From Octopus sinensis (Eukaryota): a DNA stretch of 52,845 nucleotides. Under the pieces are notes generated by a model that was given only the letters and a program-made list of their open reading frames with translations, searched no databases and had not been told where the DNA came from. Position numbers and translations under genes: made by a program. The stretch's first letter is position 1. Every line of letters starts with the position of its first letter. The DNA lies in contig NW_021835522.1 in the NCBI RefSeq assembly GCF_006345805.1, forward strand, positions 1 to 52,845, written 5' to 3'. Of this stretch, positions 36,101 to 48,653 are shown one piece after another.

Positions 36101-39100
36101 TCCCTTGTCTCTTCACTTCTCCACTTCTCTGTCACAATCTCTCCTCCTCACCTTCTCATCTCTCTTCTTTCAGCCATTCAATCTTCCTTGTCTCTTCACT
36201 TCTCCACCACTTCTGTCACAATCTCTCCTCTCTCACCTTCTCATCTCTCTTCTTTCAGCCATTCAAACTTTACTCATCTCTATCACACCATCTCTCTCTT
36301 CTCAGCCATTCAATCTCCCTTGTCTCTTCTTCACTTCTCCACTTCTCTGTCACAATCTATCCTCTCTCACCTCCTCATCTCTCTTTTTTCAGCCATTCAA
36401 TCTTTACATCTCTCAATCACACACATCTCTCTCTCTTCATCTTCTTTTCATCCCTTCAATCTTCCCTTGTCTCTTCACTTCTCCACTTCTCTGTCACATC
36501 TCTCCTCTCTCACCTCCTCATCTCTCTTTTTTCAGCAAGCCATTCAATCTTTACTTCTCTCTATCAACACCATCTCTCTTCTTTCAGCCATTCAATCTTC
36601 CCTTGTCTCTTCACTTCTCCACTTCTCTGTCACATCTCTCCTCTCTCACCTCATCATCTCTCATTTTTCAGCCATTCAATCTTTACTTCTCTCTATCACA
36701 CCATCTCTCTTCTTTCAGCCATTCAATCTTCCCTTGTCTCTTCACTTCTCCACTTCTCTGTCACAATCTCTCCTCTCTCACCTCCTCATCTCTCTTTTTT
36801 CAGCCATTCAATCTTTACTTCTCTCTATCACACCATCTCTCTTCTTTCAGCCATTCAATCTTCCCTTGTCTCTTCACTTCTCCACTTCTCTGTCACAATC
36901 TCTCCTCTCTCACCTCCTCATCTCTCTTCTTTCAGCCATTCAATCTTTACTTCTCTCTATCACACCATCTCTCTTCTTTCAGCCATTCAATCTTCCCTTG
37001 TCTCTTCACTTCTCCACTTCTCTGTCACAATCTCTTCTCTCTCACATTCTCATCTCTCTTCTTTCAGCCATTCAATCTTTACTTCTCTCTATCACATCAT
37101 CTCTCTTCTTTCAGCCATTCATTCTTCCCTTGTCTCTTCACTTCTCCACTGCTCTGTCACAATCTCTCCTCTCTCACCTTCTCATCTCTCTTCTTTCAGC
37201 CATTCAATCTTTACTTCTCTCTATCACATCATCTCTCTTCTTTCAGCCATTCATTCTTCCCTTGTCTCTTCACTTCTCCACTGCTCTGTCACAATCTCTC
37301 CTCTCTCACCTTCTCATCTCAATTCTTTCAGCCATTCAAACTTTACTTCTCTCTATCACAACATCTCTCTTCTTTCAGCCATTCAATCTTCCCTTGTCTC
37401 TTCACTTCTCCACTTCTCTGTCACAATCTCTCCTCTCTCACCTTCTCATCTCTCTTCTTTCAGCCATTCAATCTTTACTTCTCTCTATCACACCATCTCT
37501 CTTCTTTCAGCCATTCAATCTTCCATTGTCTCTTCACTTCTCCACTTCTCTGTCACAATCTCTCCTCTCTCACCTTCTCATGTCTCTTCTTTCAGCCATT
37601 CAATCTTTCTTTGTCTCTTCACTTCTCCACATCTCTGTCACAATCTCTCCTCTCTCACCTTCTCATCTCTCTTCTTTCAGCCATTCAATCTTTACTTCTC
37701 TCTATCACACCATCTCTCTTCTTTCAGCCATTCAATCTTCCCTTGTCTCTTCACTTCTCCACTTCTCTGTCACAATCTCTCCTCTCTAACCTTCTCATCT
37801 CTCTTCTTTCAGCCATTCAGTCTTTCTTTGTCTCTTCACTTCTCCACTTCTCTCTCACAATCTCTCCTCTCTCACCTCCTCATCTCTCTTTTTTCAGCCA
37901 TTCAATCTTTACTTCTCTCTATCACACCATCCCTCTTCTTTCAGCCATTCAATCTTCCCTTGTCTCTTCACTTCTCCACTTCTCTGTCACAATCTCTCCT
38001 CTCTCACCTCCTCATCTCTCTTTTTTCAGCCATTCAATCTTTACATCTCTCTATCACACCATCTCTCTTCTTTCAGCCATTCAATCTTCCCTTGTCTCTT
38101 CACATCTCCACTTCTCTGTCACAATCTCTCCTCTCTCACCTCCTCATCTCTCATTTTTCAGCCATTCAATCTTTACTTCTCTCTATCACACCATCTCTCT
38201 TCTTTCAGCCATTCAATCTTCCCTTGTCTTTTCACTTCTCCACTTCTCTGTCACAATCTCTCCTCTCTCACCTCCTCATCTCTCTTTTTCAAGCCATTCA
38301 ATCTTTACTTCTCTCTATCACACCATCTCTCTTCTTTCAGCCATTCAATCTTCCCTTGTCTCTTCACTTCTCCACTTCTCTGTCACATTCTCTCCTCTCT
38401 CACCTCCTCATCTCTCTTCTTTCAGCCATTCAATCTTTACTTCTCTCTATCACACCATCTCTCTTCTTTCAGCCATTCAATCTTCCCTTGTCTCTTCACT
38501 TCTCCACTTCTCTGTCACAATCTCTTATCTCTCACGTTCTCATCTCTCTTCTTTCAGCCATTCAATCTTTAATTCTCTCTATCACACCATCTCTCTTCTT
38601 TCAGGCATTCATTCTTCCCTTGTCCCTTCACTTCTCCACTTCTCTGTCACAATCTCTCCTCTCTCACCTTCTCATCTCTCTTCTTTCAGCCATTCAAACT
38701 TTACTTCTCTCTATCACACCATCTCTCTTTTTTCAGCCATTCAATCTTCCCTTGTCTCTTCACTTCTCCACTTCTCTGTCACACTCTCTCCTCTCTCACC
38801 TCCTCATCTCTCTTTTTTCAGCCATTCAATCTTTACTTCTCTCTATCACACCATCTCTCTTTTTCAGCCATTCAATCTTCCCTTGTCTCTTCACTTCTCC
38901 ACTTCTCTGTCACAATCTCTCCTCTCTCACCTACTCATCTCTCTTTTTTCAGCCATTCAATCTTTACTTCTCTCTATCACACCATCTCTCTTCTTTCAGC
39001 CAATCAATCTTCCCTTGTCTCTTCACTTCTCCACTTCTATGTCACAATCACTCCTCTCTCACCTCCTCATCTCTCTTCTTTCAGCCATTCAATCTTCCTT

Positions 39101-42100
39101 TGTCTCTTCACTTCTCCACTTCTCTGTCACAATCTCTCCTCTCTCACCTTCTCATCTCTCTTCTTTCAGCCATTTAATCTTTATTTCTCTCTATCACACC
39201 ATCTCTCTTCTTTCAGCCATTCAATCTTCACTTGTCTCTTCACTTCTCCACTTCTCTGTCACAATCTCCCTTCTCTCACCTTCTCATCACTCTTCTTTCA
39301 GCCATTCAATCTTCCTTTGTCTCTTCACTTCTCCACTTCTCTGTCACAATCTCTACTCTCTCACCTTCTCATCTCTCTTCTTTCAGCCATTCAATTTTAC
39401 TTCTCTCTATCACACCATCTCTCTTCTTTCAGCCATTCAATCTTCCCTTGTCTCTTCACTTCTCCACTTCTCTGTCACAATCTCTCCTCTCTCACCTTCT
39501 CATCTCTCTTCTTTCAGCCATTCAATCTTCCATTGTCTCTTCACTTCTCCACTTCTCTGTCACAAACTCTCCTCTCTCACCTTCTCATCTCTCTTCTTTC
39601 AGCCATTCAATCTTTACTTCTCTCTATCACACCATCTCTCTTCTTTCAGCCATTCAATCTTCCCTTGTCTCTTCACTTCTCCACTTCTCTGTCACAATCT
39701 CTCCTCTCTCACCTTCTCATCTCTCTTCTTTCAGCCATTCAATCTTCCTTTGTCTCTTCACTTCTCCACTTCTCTGTTACAATCTCCTCTCTCACTTCTC
39801 ATCTCTCTTCTTTCAGCCATTCAATCTTCCTTTGTCTCTTCACTTCTCCACTTCTCTGTCACAATCTCTCCTCTCTCACCTTCTCATCTCTCTTCTTTCA
39901 GCCATTCAATCTTCCTTTGTCTCTTCACTTCTCCACTTCTCTGTCACAATCTCTCCTCTCTCACCTTCTCATCTATCATTTTTCAGCAATTCAATCTTTA
40001 CTTCTCTCTATCACACCATCTCTCTTCTTTCAGCCATTGAATCTTCCCTTGTCTCTTCACTTCTCCACTTCTCTGTCACAATCTCTCCTCTCTCACCTCC
40101 TCATCTCTCTTTTTTCAGCCATTCAATCGTTACTTCTCTCTATCTCACCATCTCTCTTCTTTCAGCCATTCAATCTTCCCTTGTCTCTTCACTTCTCCAC
40201 TTCTCTGTCACAATCTCTCCTCTCTCACCTCCTCATCTCTCTTCTTTCAGCCATTCAATCTTTACTTCTCTCTATAACACCATCTCTCTTCTTTCAGCCA
40301 TTCAATCTTCCCTTGTCTCTTCACTTCTCCACTTCTCTGTCACAATCTCTTCTCTCTCACATTCTCATCTCTCTTCTTTCAGCCATTCAATCTTTACTTC
40401 TCTCTATCACACCATCTCTCTTCTTTCAGCCATTCATTCTTCCCTTGTCTCTTCACTTCTCCACTTCTCTGTCACACTCTCTCCTCTCTCACCTCCTCAT
40501 CTCTCTTTTTTCAGCCATACAATCTTTACTTCTCTCTATCACACCATCTCTCTTCTTTCAGCCATTCAATCTTCCGTTGTCTCTTCACTTCTCCACTTCT
40601 CTGTCACAATCTCTCCTCTCTCACCTCCTCATCTCTCTTTTTTCAGCCATTCAATCTTTACTTCTCTCTATCACACCATCTCTCTTCTTTCAGCCATTCA
40701 ATCTTCCCTTGTCTCTTCACTTCTCCACTTCTATGTCACGATCTCTCCTCTCTCACCTCCTCATCTCTCTTCTTTCAGCCATTCAATCTTCCTTTGTCTC
40801 TTCACTTCTCCACTTCTCTGTCACAATCTCTCCTCTCTCACCTTCTCATCTCTCTTCTTTCAGCCATTCAATCTTTCTTTGTCTCTTCACTTCTCCACTT
40901 CTCTGTCACAATCTCTCCTCTCTCACCTTCTCATCTCTCTTCTTTCAGCCATTCAATCTTTACTTCTCTCTATCACACCATCTCTCTTCTTTCAGCCATT
41001 CAATCTTCCTTGTCTCTCACTTCTCCACTTCTCTGTCACAATCTCTCCTCTCTCACCTTCTCATCTCTCTTCTTTCAGCCATTCAATCTTCCCTTGTCTC
41101 TTCACTTCTCCACTTCTCTGTCACAACTCTCTCTCTCACCTTCTCATCTCTCTTCTTTCAGCCATTCAATCTTTACTTCTCTCTATCACACCATCTCTCT
41201 TCTTTCAGCCATTCAATCTTCCTTTGTCTCTTCACTTCTCCACTCTCTGTCACAATCTCTTCTCTCTCACATTCTCATCTCTCTTCTTTCAGCCATTCAA
41301 TCTTACTTCTCTCTATCACACATCTCTCTTCTTTCAGCCATTCAATCTTCCCTTGTCTCTTCACTTCTCCACTCTCTCTCTGTCACAATCTCTCCTCTCT
41401 CACCTTCTCATCACTCTTCTTTCAGCCATTCAATCTTTACTTCTCTCTATCACACAATCTCTCTTCTTTCAGCCATTCAATCTTCCCTTGTCTCTTCACT
41501 TCTCCACTTCTCTGTCACAATTTCTCCTCTCTCACCTTCTCATCTCTCTTCTTTCAGCCATTCAATCTTCCCTTGTCTCTTCACTTCTCCACTTCTCTGT
41601 CACAATCTCTCCTCTCTCACCTTCTCATCTCTCTTCTTTCAGCCATTCAATCTTCCTTTGTCTCTTCACTTCTTCACTTCTCTGTCACAATCTCTCCTCT
41701 CTCACCTTCCCATCTCTCTTCTTTCAGCCATTCAATCTTCCTTTGTCTCTTCACTTCTCCACTTCTCTGTCACAATCTCTCCTCTCTCACCTTCTCATCT
41801 CTCTTCTTTCAGCCATTCAATCTTCCCTTGTCTTTTCACTTCTCCACTTCTCTGTCACAATCTCTTCTCTCTCACCTTCTCATCTCTCTTCTTTCAGCCA
41901 TTCAATCTTCGCTTGTCTCTTCACTTCTCCACTTCTCTGTCACAATCTCTCCTCTCTCACCTTCTCATCTCTCTTCTTTCAGCCATTCAATCTTCCCTTG
42001 TCTCTTCACTTCTCCACTTCTCTGTCACAATCTCTCCTCTCTCACCTTCTCATCTCTCATCTTTCAGCCATTCAAACTTCCCTCGTCTCTTCACTTCTCC

Positions 42101-45100
42101 ACTTCTCTGTCACCATCTCTCCTCTCTCACCTTCTCATCTCTCTTCTTTCATCCATTCAATCTTCCCTTGTCTCTTCACTTCTCCACTTCTCTGTCACAA
42201 TCTCTTCTCTCTCACCTTCTCATCTCTCTCCTTTCAGCCATTCAATCTTTACTTCTCTCTATCACACCATCTCTCTTCTTTCAGCCATTCAATCTTCCTT
42301 TGTCTCTTCACTTCTCCACTTCTCTGACACTATCTCTCCTCTCTCACCTTTTTATCTCTCTTCTTTCAGCCATTCAATCTTCCTTTGTCTCTTCACTTCT
42401 CCACTTCTCTGTCACAATCTCTTCTCTCTCACCTTCTCATCTCTCTTCTTTCAGCCATTCAATCTTTACTTCTCTCTATCACACCATCTCTCTTCTTTCA
42501 GCCATTCAATCTCCCTTTGTCTCTTCACTTCTCCACTTCTCTGTCACAATCTCTTCTCTCTCACCTTCTCATCTCTCTTCTTTCAGCCATACAATCTTTA
42601 CTTCTCTATATCACACCATCTCTCTTCTTTCAGCCATTCAATCTTCCCTTGTCTCTTCACTTCTCCACTTCTCTGTCACAATCTCTCCTCTCTCATCACC
42701 TCATCTCTCTTCTTTCAGCAATTAAATCTTCCCTTGTCTCTTCACTTCTCCACTTCTCTGTCACAATCTCTTCTCTCTCACCTTCTCATCTCTCTCCTTT
42801 CAGCCATTCAATCTTTACTTCTCTCTATCACACCATCTCTCTTCTTTCAGCCATTCAATCTTCCCTTGTCTCTTCACTTCTCCACTTCTCTGTCACAATC
42901 TCTCCTCTCTCACCTCTTCTTCTCTCTTCTTTCAGCCATTCAATCTTCCCTTGTCTCTTCACTTCTCCACTTCTCTGTCACAATCTCTCCTCTCTCACCT
43001 TCTCATCTCTCTTCTTTCAGCCATTCAATCTTCCTTTGTCTCTTCACTTCTCCACTTCTCTGTCACAATCTTCCTCTCTCACCTTCTTATCTCTCTTCTT
43101 TCAGCCATTCAATCTTCCCTTGTCTCTTCACTTCTCCACTTCACTGTCACAATCTCCTCTCTCTCACCTTCTCATCTCTCTTCTTTCAGCCATTCAATCT
43201 TTACTTCTCTCTATCACACCATCTCTCTTCTTTCAGCCATTCAATCTTCCTTTGTCTCTTCACTTCTCCACTTCTCTGTCACAATCTCTCCGCTCTCACC
43301 TTCTTATCTCTCTTCTTTCAGCCATTCAATCTTCCTTTGTCTCTTCACTTCTCCACCTCTCTGTCTCAATCTCTTCTCTCTCACCTTCTCATCTCTCTTC
43401 TTTCAGCCATTCAATCTTTATTTCTCTCTATCACACCATCTCTCTTCTTTCAGCCATTCAATCTTCCTTTGTCTCTTCACTTCTCCACATTCTCTGTCAC
43501 AATCTCTTCTCTCTCACCTTTTCATCTCTCTTCTTTCAGCCATTCAATCTTTACTTCTCTCTATCACACCATCTCTCTTCTTTCAGCCATTCAATCTCCC
43601 TTTGTCTCTTCACTTCTCCACTTCTCTGTCACAATCTCTCCTCTCTCACCTTCTCATCTCTCTTCTTCAGCCATTCAATCTTTACTTCTCTATATCACAC
43701 CATCTCTCTTCTTTCAGCCATTCAATCTTCCCTTGTCTCTTCACTTCTCCACTTCTCTGTCACAATCTCTCCTCTCTCATCACCTCATCTCTCTTCTTTC
43801 AGCAATTAAATCTTCCCTTGTCTCTTCACTTCTCCACTTCTCTGTCACAATCTCTTCTCTCTCACCTTCTCATCTCTCTCCTTTCAGCCATTCAATCTTT
43901 ACTTCTCTCTATCACACCATCTCTCTTCTTTCAGCCATTCAATCTTCCCTTGTCTCTTCACTTCTCCACTTCTCTGTCACAATCTCTCCTCTCTCACCTC
44001 TTCTTCTCTCTTCTTTCAGCCATTCAATCTTCCCTTGTCTCTTCACTTCTCCACTTCTCTGTCACAATCTCTCCTCTCTCACCTTCTCACTCTCTTCTTT
44101 CAGCATTCAATCTTCCTTTGTCTCTCACTTCTCCACTTCTCTGTCACAATCTCTTCTCTCTCACCTTCTCATCTCTCTCCTTTCAGCCATTCAATCTTAC
44201 TTCTCTCTATCACACCATCTTTCTTCTTTCAGCCATTCATCTTCCCTTGTCTCTTCACTTCTCCACTTCTCTGTCACAATCTCCTCTCTCTCACTTCTCA
44301 TCTCTCTTCTTTCAGCCATTCAATCTTTACTTCTCTCTATCACACCATCTCTCTTCTTTCAGCCATTCAATCTTCCTTTCTCTCTTCACTTCTCCACTTC
44401 TCTGTCACAATCTCTCCTCTCTCACCTTCCCATCTCTCTTCTTTCAGCCATTCAATCTTCCTTTGTCTCTTCACTTCTCCACTTCTCTGTCACAATCTCT
44501 CCTCTCTCACCTTCTTTTCTCTCTTCTTTCAGCCATTCAATCTTCCATTGTCTCTTCACTTCTCCACTTCTCTGTCACCATCTCTTCTCTCTCACCTTCT
44601 CATCTCTCTTCTTTCAGCCATTCAATCTTCCTTTGTCTCTTCACTTCTCCACTTCTCTGTCAAAATCTCTTCTCTCTCACCTTCTCATCTCTCTTCTTTC
44701 AGCCATTCAATCTTCCTTTGTCTCTTCACTTCTCCACTTCTCTGTCACAATCTCTCCTCTCTCACCTTCTCATCTCTCTTCTTTCAGCCATTCAATCTTC
44801 CCTTGTCTCTTCACTTCTCCACTTCTCTGTCACAATCACTCCTCTCTCACCTTCTCATCTCTCTTCTTTCAGCCATTCAATCTTCCTTTGTTTCTTCACT
44901 TCTCCACTTCTCTGTCACAATCTCTCCTCTCTCACCTTCTCATCTCTCTCCTTTCTGCCATTCAATCTTTACTTCTCTCTATCACACCATCTTTCTTCTT
45001 TCAGCCATTCAATCTTCCATTGTCTCTTCACTTCTCCACTTCTCAGTCACAATCTCTCCTCTCTCACCTTCCCATCTCTCTTCTTTCAGCCATTCAATCT

Positions 45101-48100
45101 TCCTTTGTCTCTTCACTTCTCCACTTCTCTGTCAAAATCTCTCCTCTCTCACCTTCTCATCTCTCTTCTTTCAGCCATTCAATCTTCCCTTGTCTCTTCA
45201 CTTCTCCACTTCTCTGTCACAATATCTTCCCTCTCACCTTCTCATCTCTCTTCTTTCAGCCATTCAATCTTCCTTTGTCTCTTCACTTCTCCACTTCTCT
45301 GTCACTATCTCTCCTCTCTCACCTTTTTATCTCTCTTCTTTCAGCCATTCAATCTTCCTTTGTCTCTTCACTTCTCCACTTCTCTGTCACAATCTCTTCT
45401 CTCTCATCTTCTCATCTCTCTTCTTTCAGCCATTCAATCTTTACTTCTCTCTATCACACCATCTCTCTTCTTTCAGCCATTCAATCTTCCCTTGTCTCTT
45501 CACTTCTCCACATCTCTGTCACAATCTCTCCTCTCTCACCTCTTCTTCTCTCTTCTTTCAGCCATTCAATCTTCCCTTGTCTCTTCACTTCTCCACTTCT
45601 CTGTCACAATCTCTCCTCTCTCACCTTCTCATCTCTCTTCTTTCAGCCATTCAATCTTCCTTTGTCTCTTCACTTCTCCACTTCTCTGTCACAATCTCTC
45701 CTCTCTCACCTTCTTATCTCTCTTCTTTCAGCCATTCAATCTTCCCTTGTCTCTTCACTTCTCCACTTCACTGTCACACTCTCGTCTCTCTCACCTTCTC
45801 ATCTCTCTTCTTTCAGCCATTCAATCTTTACTTCTCTCTATCACACCATCTCTCTTCTTTCAGCCATTCAATCTTCCTTTGTCTCTTCACTTCTCCACTT
45901 CTCTGTCACAATCTCTCCTCTCTCACCTTCTTATCTCTCTTCTTTCAGCCATTCAATCTTCCATTGTCTCTTCACTTCTCCACCTCTCTGTCTCAATCTC
46001 TTCTCTCTCACCTTCTCATCTCTCTTCTTTCAGCCATTCAATCTTTACTTCTCTCTATCACACCATCTCTCTTCTTTCAGCCATTCAATCTCCCTTTGTC
46101 TCTTCACTTCTCCACTTCTCTGTCACAATCTCTTCTCTCTCACCTTCTCATCTCTCTTCTTTCAGCCATACAATCTTTACTTCTCTATATCACACCATCT
46201 CTCTTCTTTCCGCCATTCAATCTTCCCTTGTCTCTTCACTTCTCCACTTCTCTGTCACAATCTCTCCTCTCTCATCACCTCATCTCTCTTCTTTCATCAA
46301 TTAAATCTTCCTTGTCTCTTCACTTCTCACTTCTCTGTCACAATCTCTTCTCTCTCACCTTCTGATCTCTCTCCTTTCAGCCATTCAATCTTTACTTCTC
46401 TCTATCACACCATCTCTCTTCTTTCAGCCATTCAATCTTCCCTTGTCTCTTCATTTCTCCACTTCTCTGTCACAATCTCTCCTCTCTCACCTCTTCTTCT
46501 CTCTTCTTTCAGCCATTCAATCTTCCCTTGTCTCTTCACTTCTCCACTTCTCTGTCACAATCTCTCCTCTCTCACCTTCTCATCTCTCTTCTTTCAGCCA
46601 TTCAATCTTCCTTTGTCTCTTCACTTCTCCACTTCTCTGTCACAATCTCTCCTCTCTCACCTTCTTATCTCTCTTCTTTCAGCCATTCAATCTTCCCTTG
46701 TCTCTTCACTTCTCCACTTCTCTGTCACAATCTCCTCTCTCTCACCTTCTCATCTCTCTTCTTTCAGCCATTCAATCTTTACTTCTCTCTATCACACCAT
46801 CTCTCTTCTTTCAGCCATTCAATCTTCCCTTGTCTTCACTTCTCCACTTCTCTGTCACAATCTCTCCTCTCTCACCTCTTCTTCTCTCTTCTTTCAGCCA
46901 TTCAATCTTCCCTTGTCTCTTCACTTCTCCACTTCTCTGTCACAATCTCTCCTCTCTCCCTTCTCATCTCTCTTCTTTCAGCCATTCAATCTTCTTTTGT
47001 CTCTTCACTTCTCCACTTCTCTGTCACAATCTCTCCTCTCTCACCTTCTTATCTCTCTTCTTTCAGCCATTCAATCTTCCTTTGTCTCTTCACTTCTCCA
47101 CTTCTCTGTCACAATCTCCTCTCTCTCACCTTCTCATCTCTCTTCTTTCAGCCATTCAATCTTTACTTCTCTCTATCACACCATCTCTCTTCTTTCAGCC
47201 ATTCAATCTTCCTTTGTCTCTTCACTTCTCCACTTCTCTGTCACAATCTCTCCTCTCTCACCTTCTTATCTCTCTTCTTTCAGCCATTCAATCTTCCTTT
47301 GTCTCTTCACTTCTCCACTTCTCTGTCTCAATCTCTTCTCTCTCACCTTCTCATCTCTCTTCTTTCAGCCATTCAATCTTCCCTTGTCTCTTCACTTCTC
47401 CACTTCTCTGTCACAATCTCCTCTCTCTCACCTTCTCATCTCTCTTCTTTCAGCCATTCAATCTTTACTTCTCTCTATCACACAATCTCTCTTCTTTCAG
47501 CCATTCAATCTTCCCTTGTCTCTTCACTTCTCCACTTCTCCGTCACAATCTCTCCTCTCTCACCTTCTCATCTCTCTTCTTTCAGCCATTCAATCTTTAC
47601 TTCTCTCTATCACACCATCTCTCTTCTTTCAGCCATTCAATCTTCCTTTGTCTCTTCACTTCTCCACTTCTCTGTCACAATCTCTCCCCTCTCACCTTCT
47701 CATCTCTCTCCTTTCAGCCATTCAATCTTTTCTTCTCTCTATCACACCATCTCTCTTCTTTCAGCCATTCAATCTTCCCTTGTCTCTTCACTTCTCCATT
47801 TCTCTCTGTCACAATCTTTCCTTTCTCACCTTCTCATCTCTCTTCTTTCAGCCATTCAATCTTCCCTTGTCTCTTCACTTCTCCACTTCTCTGTCACAAT
47901 CTCTCCTCTCTCACCTTCTCATCTCTCTTCTTTCAGCCATTCAATCTTCCCTTGTCTCTTCACTTCTCCACTTCTCTGTCACAATCTCTCCTCTCTCACC
48001 TTCTTATCTCTCTTCTTTCAGCCATTCAATCTTCTTTTGTCTCTTCACTTCTCCACTTCTCTGTCACAATCTCTTCTCTCTCACCTTCTCATCTCTCTCC

Positions 48101-48490
48101 TTTCAGCCATTGAATCTTTACTTCTCTCTTTCACACCATCTCTCTTCTTTCAGCCATTCAATCTTCCCTTGTCTCTTCACTTCTCCACTTCTCTGTCACA
48201 ATCTCTCCTCTCTCACCTTCTTATCTCTCTTCTTTCAGCCATTCAATCTTCCCTTGTCTCTTCACTTCTCCATTTCTCTCTGTCACAATCTTTCCTTTCT
48301 CACCTTCTCATCTCTCTTCTTTCAGCCATTCAATCTTCCTTTGTCTCTTCACTTCTCCATTTCTCTCTGTCACAATCTTTCCTTTCTCACCTTCTCATCT
48401 CTCTTCTTTCAGCCATTCAATCTTCCCTTGTCTCTTCACTTCTCCACTTCTCTCTGTCACAATCTTTCCTCTCTCACCTTCTCAATTTCT
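33128..48490. repeat. ~15.4-kb CT-rich satellite of two monomers (A 85 bp, B 47 bp) sharing the core ATCTCTCTTCTTTCAGCCATTCAATCTT
   Basis: A = core + CCCTTGTCTCTTCACTTCTCCACTTCTCTGTCACAATCTCTCCTCTCTCACCTTCTC; B = core + TACTTCTCTCTATCACACC. AB = 132 bp gives the 44-aa periodicity seen in the ORF track. Confidence 0.97.
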
Positions 48491-48653
48491 CTAAATATAT
48501 AGTCGTATAAATATATATCTTCTTATCTTCTCTCAGCTTTCAATCTCCCTAAATACACAGTCACTTTCTTTCTCTGCTTCTTCTCTGCCCTCTGTCACAC
48601 TATTGAATTTGTAACATAATTAGATAGATAAATAAATAGATAGATTATCCAAC

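Noticed and set aside
33128-48510. Giant + strand ORFs (up to 3061 aa) rich in S/L/F/H
   Set aside because: Open in all three frames only because the G-poor satellite strand rarely forms TAA/TAG/TGA. The frame rotates with each 85-bp monomer, starts are mostly alternative codons, and the minus strand has stops in all frames of each A monomer.
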